Source of the DNA: Corallochytrium limacisporum Hawaii
Lineage: Eukaryota > Protista > Pluriformea
DNA length: 64,000 bases
Reading direction: 5' to 3'
NCBI GenBank assembly: GCA_002811645.1
Contig: PDIP01000070.1
Location: 850 to 64,849 of the forward strand
A model generated the notes under the pieces. It was not told the DNA's origin, did not search any database, and was given only the letters and a program-made list of their open reading frames with translations. The stretch's first letter is position 1. The number at the start of each line of letters is the position of its first letter. Positions 46,480 to 55,400 of the stretch are shown here, piece by piece. A program made the translations under genes and the position numbers.

Positions 46480-46879
46480 CTTAGCGAGAGTGAACCGTAC
46501 GTCCCTTACTACGCCAACGTTTTGTTTACGCAGATCCGCGATAACATCTCTTGTCGTACACCAACTTTCTTTCATACCATATGAACTTTTGCATCCCTTT
46601 GGAGAGGCTGAGGCTATATGAATGAGCGAAGATGCTCTCTGCAAACAACGAAGATCTCAACACAGTGGATTTTTGTTACTACAGCTGTTGATGATGTCAG
46701 TGCCCTATAGTCTGGATTCGTAGACCAACAGGACCCACATCACGAGCCCCTTTAGGGGGGTGGGAGAGGAGAGAATTTAATGATATTACTTAGGTTTCAG
46801 TTATTTAGCTTCTTCCCTGCGCCTCTTGACCCGTCTTAGGTTTGTGAAATATCTCGGTAGTGAATGTACCGAAGCTACA

Positions 46880-47000
46880 TTTGGCGGACAGTTGGGGAAC
46901 AGATCCAAGCGGTACCGAAGGGAAGGGAGGCCACTTGTTCGCCGCAGTGGTAAAAGTACTGCAGAGTCCCAAGGAAACGGCGCGAAAATGGGCGGGAAAA
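46880..47000. promoter_or_regulatory. E2F-type motifs in the KYAT/DSN1 divergent promoter
   Basis: GGCGCGAAAA (46979-46988) and GGCGGGAAAA (46991-47000) are reverse complements of TTTSSCGC. TTTGGCGG at 46880-46887. Confidence 0.5.
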
Positions 47001-47255
47001 GTTCGGGTGCCAGAGGAGAGGTCTTGCCAGTGCTCCTCTGAGTCCTAGGTTGCAATCCAAATTGGTCTTAGCTCTTAAAGTTGCACACTTAGTTGAGACA
47101 TCTTTGAGTATGAAGGTATCAATGACATACACATGCTCCCTTACTGGGTTATTTATTGAAGTAGGTGAGGATCTAAGTTTTTGTTCTGTTTTCTGCAACA
47201 GGTCGGGCACCGTTGGGAAACGCATCGTTTAACCGGTGAGCACAAACCAAACAAA

Positions 47256-48143
47256 ATGCCGAAGCGTGTACAAGAGTTCCAGAAGGGCGGTTTCCGTTTC
47301 CGCAAAAAAGCGAAGGCAAGTGGAGTGGACGATGAAGTGGAGAATCGGATCCAAAATCCTGTTGCAAAACCTGTGACGTCCCGGCCTACAAGGCAACATG
47401 ATGAAATCAAAGCAAAAGTAGAGCAGAGGGCTCGTGACCGGACCATTGTCCGTGAAAGGCGTGCATATAAACCCCTGCCCACCGGCACTGATTTCTATCG
47501 TGATATTGACCCAGCCATGACAAACTCAGCTCGGTTTGCCGAAGTAGTCTGCGAATGTCTTACCGCCGGCACCGACTACGCGTCCGCTACCCTTGACAGT
47601 GAACGTGCCAAGACTGACACACGTAAGAGCATCGAAATCATGAAAGAATTCATTCGCGAGCAGGGCTGGAGAGATGAAGAACCCAAAACAACAGTACCCA
47701 ACCCTATGAACGTGGCAGCTGAGAAACGCACAAGGGTTCTGCAGGAGAGTCTTGCTTTGGAGGAGAAGCATGCTCAAGAATGGGAAGAGATCGAGAAGGA
47801 GCTGGAAGAGATCCAGGATATTATTGCCAAGGGTCCCACTCCTGTTGAGATAACTGCCGAGGAAGCAAATGACGCTGTTAGTGATGATGAACGCCGGTAC
47901 CTCGATACCATGCCCGATTACTATGACCTTGCTGCTGAAGTGAAGAACATTCCCAACAATCTGAAGGTGCAACTCATGGTGCTTGGCCAACGCATTGATC
48001 TCTGTCGCAAGGTCAGCAGCACCCTCGAAGAGAAGTGCGACACAGAAATGGACAGCATTGCCAACAGTCACTTCAATCGTCTGGCAACTACCAGCCCGAA
48101 GAACCTTATCCGTGGCCTCACAACTACTACCACATCGTCATAA
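47256..48143 (+). CDS. DSN1: Kinetochore MIS12-complex subunit Dsn1/Mis13-like, 295 aa
   Basis: ATG at 47256 (aaaATG). GFRFRK near the N-terminus, FYRDIDP...R block, and PNPMN followed by a coiled coil containing E...W, matching recalled Mis13/Dsn1 motifs. Confidence 0.65.
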   Translation: MPKRVQEFQKGGFRFRKKAKASGVDDEVENRIQNPVAKPVTSRPTRQHDEIKAKVEQRARDRTIVRERRAYKPLPTGTDFYRDIDPAMTNSARFAEVVCECLTAGTDYASATLDSERAKTDTRKSIEIMKEFIREQGWRDEEPKTTVPNPMNVAAEKRTRVLQESLALEEKHAQEWEEIEKELEEIQDIIAKGPTPVEITAEEANDAVSDDERRYLDTMPDYYDLAAEVKNIPNNLKVQLMVLGQRIDLCRKVSSTLEEKCDTEMDSIANSHFNRLATTSPKNLIRGLTTTTTSS

Positions 48144-48270
48144 ATACAGTACGGTAGTACAACTCTTTTAATTAGAAACGATGCTTAGAAATTTTCTTGT
48201 ATGATTACTCTATTGTCAATACTATTCTATGTTTAGCATATCTCTGCTGTAGTTTGCCTTACTATCAGAT

Positions 48271-48654
48271 TCAGAAGTTCTTGTAGCTCTGGCCTTTATT
48301 CCAGGTGAACCCAATTCCTGGAGTAGGCGGTAGGGCCTCCATTAGTGAAGCAGAGTCCGCATCTGGAGACTGAAGCAGATTTTGCTGGCCGTCTTTGTTT
48401 GTGTACACGACCGGAGGTTCAATAGCACGACGGTCATCCCGCTTAAAATACTCGTTTTGAGAAAGTTTGTGTGCAACGCCCGGCTTAATGTTTGGCCGGG
48501 GAATGGTTCGTGGGGACAAGTCCCTAGGGTACCGCATAGCATCCTTCCATTTCTTATTGTTCAGATCAAAAATCTGTGACAGGAACCCCGCCTTATTTTT
48601 CTGATTGATATTGTAGCGTCCAAGGGACTCCATGAACCGTTTGCTGGCCGACAT
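48271..48654 (-). CDS. NDUFA7: Complex I accessory subunit B14.5a, 127 aa
   Basis: RYP...SPRTIPRPNIKPGVAHKLSQNEYFKRDDRRAIEPP and C-terminal PPTPG. Confidence 0.85.
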   Translation of the reverse strand: MSASKRFMESLGRYNINQKNKAGFLSQIFDLNNKKWKDAMRYPRDLSPRTIPRPNIKPGVAHKLSQNEYFKRDDRRAIEPPVVYTNKDGQQNLLQSPDADSASLMEALPPTPGIGFTWNKGQSYKNF

Positions 48655-49692
48655 TCTGCCTGTGTATTCAAATCCAAGTGAGGAATATTTGTTCCCTTAA
48701 CCAATTCCTGTTGAACACAGCCATGGATGTCATGAATGGAGCATGTCTGTTTTCATACGTTTTGATCCAACAACGTTCAATGACAACTGAGGACGGAAAG
48801 GAAATACGATCCGAGGTCTCATGGGTCTGCTTGAAGGGGCCGCCCACTGGTCCCCACAGGGCACACAGCAAGGACAATTACTCTCACTATCGACTCTCCC
48901 TCCATCCCGGCCTTGGCTCGCTAAAGACCGTGTTGTTTATGCCTCCCCACTCACTGTCTCGCCTCTCGTTCGCGTTTTGTGGCTCCCTCAAATTCAAATA
49001 TGGTCCGTATATATATATATATTTCATTGGCCTAAATTGTTCGTCACCACCCCGCCGTCCGCGATCCCCTCCGCTGGCGACAGGGACCGAGCGAAGCTAC
49101 AGCTGGGGAAGCAGTACAAATTGCATGGAAAGCCCCTTGGGGTGACGGGGGTCGGGGAAACGGGAAAATTTTCTGATGCTGAAGCGTCCGGCCGATGATA
49201 TGGCCGCCTTGGCGATATATTGAAAATAAAGAGAGATTATCTGTCTCTACAACAATAACAGTGGGGAGATGAATTAAGCGTATCGACGCGCGTATTCCTG
49301 CATTGTGGTACGAGTGTGTGTATGGCTTGGATGAAAGGCGGAAGTGTTTCGTCTTACAATTCGCCGAATCTCGTGTTCTCTGTCTTTTCCAGTTTTGTGA
49401 CCAGTTTGCCTAGCATTATGCTTTGTATACAAATGGACTTCGGTATCTAATTCTCTTCTTGGTGGTATTTGGGATCGCCAATAGTGTAATATACCCAAGA
49501 TCAGATTTAGACAATAGACAACTGGCACTGGTGATATCAGCCATCGTATTGCATTGCATGACTGTCTTGGAATCATTGGCACAAAGACCGTTCGATATAC
49601 TAGGTGAGTACAGAAAATGTGAGTTAGTTTACCCACCACTAAACTAAAAGGGCCCAGATAAATTGGAAGAAGAGGTCCGATAACAGATAAAG

Positions 49693-50886
49693 ATGGATCA
49701 GTGGTTGGGCGATGTGTGCGGCCACTATCAGTACCAGCATGGCGAACGCGTGCGTGGCGATATTCGGGCATTACTGAGCAGATATAATACTTTGAGGCCC
49801 AAGGTCAACGAATTCACACATCACAACGGACAGACGGCCAGATTGTTATGCTTGTATGGCACCATTCCCATCGTGTTCAGGTCCACGGTATACAACATTC
49901 CTGTAAATTTGTGGCTTCCAACATACTATCCAGCGGGTCCTCCGTTTGCCTATGTCGTGCCGCAGCAGGAGATGGTCATTAAGGCAGGCCCAAATGTGAC
50001 CCCAGAAGGTCTGGTGACCATTGGATACCTCAATCAGTGGCAGCCACACTCCGGAAATCTGGTGAACATGGTAGACGTAATGTGTGCTGCGTTTGGAAAG
50101 GAACCTCCATTGTACAAAAAGCCTGCCGCTCGGACCTCAAATTCTAGCCAGCACAACGCACCTTATAGACCACCGCCCCCAACTAACATGGGAGCATCGG
50201 GGCAACCACAGCGACCGATGCCACCGCTCAATGCGGGAGGCTATGGTAGCACGTACGGCACAGGAAGCGCTGTTGGAGGAGTCGCGGAGATGGACGACTA
50301 CATGCACAAGACGGACAGCGCGGAGACATTGGAAGAGGTTAAGCGGGAGTCTGTAAAGAGTCTGGCATTGGACAAAATGCGCCGTTTCATCAAGCAATAT
50401 AACCAGCATGCTAAGCGCGAGCTTGACGATTTATTTGGCACCATGGGTCTGCTCAAGAACAGCAGAGGAGAGATTGATCGTCTTTTGCAAGAAATGGCGA
50501 ACGAGAAGAGCCAGTTGGAATTCTCTATATCTAGTCTGCAGGGCAACATCACAAAGCTTAAGCAGACCGTGGAGGATACCAAGGACAAAGCAGCAGTGGA
50601 CATTTCTGTGGACGATCTCATTGTCGCACCGTATCCGCTTTACCAGCAGATGCTGGATCTGACTGCCGAGGACCATGCCATTCAAGACGCAATCTACTAC
50701 CTTTCCAGAGCATTGAATCACGGCAACATTGAGTTGCCTGTGTACCTAAAGCAGGTCCGCAACCTTGCTCGCCGACAGTTCATGAAGCGTGCCCTGCTCA
50801 AGAAGTGCCGCCAGCAAGCCGGTCTGAAGGACAATCTGGTCGGTGCGCCCACGGCTCACGAGCCTATCTACGAGGCCATCCATTGA
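49693..50886 (+). CDS. TSG101: ESCRT-I subunit TSG101/Vps23, 397 aa
   Basis: UEV domain (LYGTIP...YNIPVNLWLPTYYPAGPP), proline-rich linker, coiled coil, steadiness box LYQQMLDLTAEDHAIQDAIYYL...YLKQVRNLARRQF. Confidence 0.95.
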   Translation: MDQWLGDVCGHYQYQHGERVRGDIRALLSRYNTLRPKVNEFTHHNGQTARLLCLYGTIPIVFRSTVYNIPVNLWLPTYYPAGPPFAYVVPQQEMVIKAGPNVTPEGLVTIGYLNQWQPHSGNLVNMVDVMCAAFGKEPPLYKKPAARTSNSSQHNAPYRPPPPTNMGASGQPQRPMPPLNAGGYGSTYGTGSAVGGVAEMDDYMHKTDSAETLEEVKRESVKSLALDKMRRFIKQYNQHAKRELDDLFGTMGLLKNSRGEIDRLLQEMANEKSQLEFSISSLQGNITKLKQTVEDTKDKAAVDISVDDLIVAPYPLYQQMLDLTAEDHAIQDAIYYLSRALNHGNIELPVYLKQVRNLARRQFMKRALLKKCRQQAGLKDNLVGAPTAHEPIYEAIH

Positions 50887-51284
50887 AGCATATTGCAATG
50901 TGACCTTGAAATCATTTTATTTTGTACCATTAAATCCGTATTCAATTTTAGCTCATCAAGACTCTCAATGGCTCCGATCCATCTTGCACAGGCCCGGTAC
51001 TCCACTCCCCCCCCACAGCACCTGCCTCTTTCTTTCACTTGGAGGGGGCGCAGCCTTTTCGCGCTCACGGACTGTCGCGTGGGCCACTGTACAACTACGA
51101 CAGCATTTTCATTTGTTTGACAGTGAACGCTACGCTAATACATCGAAATTTCGAAACAAATGTAGTTTTACAGCAAAGGTATCTGATCTGATAGGTGAGT
51201 CTCTATTTATGACGCATGTAGTGCCAGGTATGTTCATATTAACGTTAAAGAAAGAAACTGTAATATATTTCTATTGCGGGTACA

Positions 51285-52379
51285 ATGAGCTCAACTCTGA
51301 CCTTGCGCGTGGTACGCGGCCATGTTGCACGAGCTTTTCGGACTTCGACAGGTAAGTAATTTTGTTTGCACATAAGCGCGGACCACGGATCTTGAATTAG
51401 GCTGGGGAAAATAACAGTTGTGGTGTTAGTACTATGATGATAATCTGTTTAGTGGGTCAGTCTTAAGGGAAGTGTCTGGTAGGACCCAAAGCGCCAGTGA
51501 AGCGAGTCGTGTGACGTTCTTTCGTCTCCGTCAGAAAGGTGCGCCCTGCTGGCCGGGATCGACTATGAACCGATCCGTTATTCCTTTTCTGGGTCGAGCT
51601 GTAGGGAGAACCTACCTGCCAGCCTACCTATCCATGTGGATGTCCGACGCACGCGTCTGAGCTATACCAAACTGTCCTCGTTTTTAAGTTCCAAAGTCTT
51701 TATCAACCTTTTCTTTGTCATTTGCAGCAGGACTAACCGTACTTTCTCACTGTTCTTATTTTTTGTTGACTATGCCCCAGTCAATGGTGCAAGGCCCTCT
51801 CGGATCATTCTGAATCGAACCTTCACAACATCTGGAAAGCAACTGGCGGGTACCACCATAGATGACAAGGACGAGGGAGCCGTTCGATATGAGACTGTTT
51901 ACGAATCAAAGGTGAGCCAAGCACTGCGTACGATCAAGATCATATCCTTCACTTCATGCCTCGCCTCGATTACTGCAGGCCCCGTGATTGCCATCTACGG
52001 CAACCAAAGCATCAGCATGAACGGACGGCTTGCTATTGGCGCCATCATTGCGACGATGGGCATCTTCACGACAGCCTCATTACATTCATTTGCTAAAGGC
52101 TACGTGACGAAGCTGGAGTACGACGAGGAAAACCAGAAGCTACGGGTGAGCAAAGTCGGACTCATGGGCCAGGTGCTCGAGTCGACGGTGTCGCTGGACG
52201 ATGTCGGACCAATTCGAAGCGTGCACCCTTACCTCAATGTGCGCATGGGTAACCAAGACCTGTACGTTCCCCGGGACCAAATTAAACACCCTGATTTGCT
52301 CAAGGCTTTCTTCAACGCCGAAGTTGACGATGTGCTGGAAGAACTGCGCAAGGAGCAGCCCCAGGAACGAGGTTCGTGA
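51285..52379 (+). CDS. TMEM70: TMEM70-like mitochondrial ATP-synthase assembly factor; two exons, join(51285..51351,51781..52379), 221 aa
   Basis: Exon 1 encodes presequence-like MSSTLTLRVVRGHVARAFRTST and joins exon 2 in phase 1 (67+599=666 nt). Exon 2 has VY...IKIISFTS, two TM segments and LHSFAKGYVTKL. Confidence 0.8.
51352..51780 (+). other. Spliceosomal (U2-type) intron, 429 nt
   Basis: CAG|GTAAGT donor. GACTAAC branch site at 51731-51737. Pyrimidine tract with no AG until CAG at 51778-51780. Splicing restores the frame. Confidence 0.85.
51421..51669 (+). ncRNA. Candidate intronic box C/D snoRNA (~230-240 nt)
   Basis: Box C ATGATGA at 51434-51440 and box D CTGA at 51657-51660. Flanks ACAGTTGTGGTGTTAGT (51414-51430) and GCTATACCAAACTGT (51661-51675) form a 15-bp stem with two bulges and two G-U pairs. 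Confidence 0.65.
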
Positions 52380-52494
52380 ATAGGACTTGGGCCGTACCAA
52401 TAACATTAGATAAAGAAACATAACAAATTTCCGAACTTGATTACTTTATGAACAATCTTCAATGCCAATATGCTGTGTATTGTCGACGGGCTTT

Positions 52495-55400
52495 CTACAG
52501 GTCCATCTGGAAATCTGGATCGTTGAAGAGAGTCATGTCCATGTCGCCCATGTCGCCTTCGCCCAGATTGGCCAGGTCTCCCAGCATGTCGGCATCGACG
52601 CCGGCCTCACTGGGGCGTGCAGACTGCGGGTTACCACCACCTAGGTCCGCAGGCGGGTTGCCAAGGTCCGGAATATCGTCCGGGTTGAAATCACCCGGGA
52701 AAGCCTGGTCCAGACCTGGCAGATTGTCCAGGCCGCCGCCTCCTCCGAAGCCTCCCGAGCCCTTCTCCTTGTCATTATCATTGCCGTTGCCATTTGCACC
52801 AGCCGGCTGCTGCGCCGGTACAGGCGCCTGCGGTGGTTGTTGGGGAGGCACTGCTGCAATCGCTGCGGAGGCTGCCGCTGCCGCTGCTGCTGCCTTCTGC
52901 TGTGCTTCAAGCTGCTTCTGGCGCTGTTGGTTCATTGCCGCCTGCTGGGCAGCCGCCGCCTGCTGTTGTGCGAGGGCAGCCTGCTGCTGCTGCTGCTTCT
53001 GCTGTTGCAGCGCAAGCATTTGCTGCTGCTGGGCTGCCGCGTTCTGTTGAGCTGCTGCAGCCTGCTGTTGTTGAAGAGCCGCACGCCGACGAGCAATCTC
53101 TGCCGGTGACATTTGGCCAGGACCCATAGGGCCCAGGGCGGTGGGACGCATGGCACCCATCGCTCCTGGTCCGCGGGGACCACCGAGGCCACCAGCACCG
53201 GCTTGGCCGGCCGCTTGCTGCTGCTGCTGTTGTTGCTGCTGCTGACGCTGGTACCGCACCAACACTTCCTGTAGCTTTGCGCGGACCACGTGTGGGTTAT
53301 TGTTAAGATCCTCTTTCAGTTCAGGGTATTGCTGGGTGATGATGATGCGCATCTGAGGTGTCTTCTGGATGAGTGCTGCAATCTGTCGGCTGATCTGGCG
53401 CGCGAGGTTGGCCTTCTCTTCCCCACCCATCTGTGGACCACCGGCACCTGGCATGCCCGGACGCGGACCACCAGGACCACCCGGCACGCCCTGCGGTCGT
53501 GGTGGGCCACCAAGAGCGCCCAAGCCGGCCGGTTTCGGTTGCTCGCTGCTGCCGACCGCACCCGCACCGGCAGCACCGCCGGCGGCTCCCTGTTGAATCG
53601 GGGGCATGCCAGCAGTAAGATGCTTCAGGTATTCTTTACCATTCCGCTTCAGAGCCTGGTAAAGCGAGTTACGTAAGACGGTTTCCATGTTCTCCTGCAT
53701 ACCCTTGCCATTCTGAGTGCTAAGCTCCATGGCTTCTTTCTTCAGGTGCTCCTTCTCCGGCGCGCTGAGGGATTGCAAATGCTTTGAGAGCAGAAAAGCG
53801 CGCTGCTGTGGAGGGAAAGATGATGGTCCGGGGGTTCCGGCATCATTGCCGGCACCACCTGCAGCACCTGCTCCAGCGGTGCCAGCTGCGCCAGCCGCGG
53901 CCGCTGCAGTGCGCTGCTGCGCAAGGAGGCGCTGCTGCAATTCGGCAGCAGTGTTCGCACCACCAGCCCCACCGGGAACTCCCAAGCCGGCTTTCATCGC
54001 TCCTGGGCCCGCAGCACCTGCAGCACCGGCGCCTTGCTGACCAGCCACACCACCGCCTCCAGCCAGTTGAATGTTGCTCTGACTCAAGCGTTCGACAATG
54101 TGCTTTTTGACCTTAGCAATAAAGGCGACTACTTCACCGGGGCTTTCCGTCCTGGCGCGACCGATGATATTCTGGGCGATCTTCTTAAAGTCCTCTATGC
54201 TCAAGAGGTCCAGTTCTTCTTCCCGGAGGATCTTGACTACTTCTTGCTCTACCTGACCTTGCGCCCGTCCCTTTTGGAGACGAGTGGTGTACTGGATCAC
54301 GTGCATGTCATCAATGGAACGACCTGTGCGTGCCAGCACGGCCCTGGCACGTGTGAAGGCTTGTAGTCCGGGCTGAGTTAGAGTGATCGTGGGCTGACCA
54401 CCCGGGCCCGTCCCGGGGCCTCCCGGCCTCGCACCTGCGGCGGCGCCGAGAGCTCCACCTAACCCGAGGCTGGCCAGGCCGGCCGGACCACCAGCGGCCG
54501 CGGGACTAGGACGCTGTTGGTTCGCCGCGGCCGCTACTGCGGCACCTGGACCACCTACAGCTACCTGGGGCTGGCCTGGCTTGGCGCCGGTGAGCAAAGA
54601 GTTCTGCTTCTGCACAAGATTCGTGAACTCTGACGGCACTGGGTCGCCCTGGGACCCGACGTAGACGAGCGCCAGGTTGAGCTTGCCGCCCTTGTCGTAA
54701 ATATAGGAGCGCAGCTTCGGGTTCGGATCCGCCACTTCGCACAAATGATTTCGGAGACTTTCAAGATGAACATTGATAGTGGCCGGCGGGATGGCGACGC
54801 CAACGGCCTTGCCAGCCTCCACAGTGAGCATAATCTTGCGAATGCCGAGCTTGCGATCAAACTCTTCTGCACCTGCCCGGTTGTCTACGCGCCGTGTCCG
54901 GCTGATCTGAAGCTTCTTCGGAACCATACTTTCAAGATGCTGCTGCTCCATCGCACCGGAGTTCTCACCACTGAATACCAGCTGTACTGGCAGTGTAATG
55001 ACCTTATCACCGGGCACAACCAGGATGCGCTGCAGTACGGCTGATGGCACACCACCTGCGCCGGGCATGCCTACTTTCGCCGCCTGCTGGGCAGCTGCGG
55101 CCTGCTGCTGCTGCTGTTGCAACGCAGCCTGTCGAGCCTGGGCCTGGGCCTGGGCTTGAGCCTGGGCTTGAGCCTGGGCTTGCGCTTGGGCCTGAGCTTG
55201 GGCCTGAGCTTGGGCCTGGGCCTGGGCCTGCGCCTGGGCTTGAGCCTGAGCTTGACCCTGGAGCGAGCTCTGAGCACCTGCAGTCAGACCGGCAAGGCCT
55301 CCTGGAGCCGGACTTAGGCCTGCTTTGACTGACCCAGGTGTCGGAGCCTGTGCTTGCGGGGTGGCACCTCCAGCAATACCAGCAGTGCTGGATCCCTGCT

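Noticed and set aside
49558-49692. AG|GTGAGT donor at 49604 suggesting a coding first exon for TSG101
   Set aside because: The available acceptors are either out of phase or lead to an in-frame TAA. At most a UTR intron.
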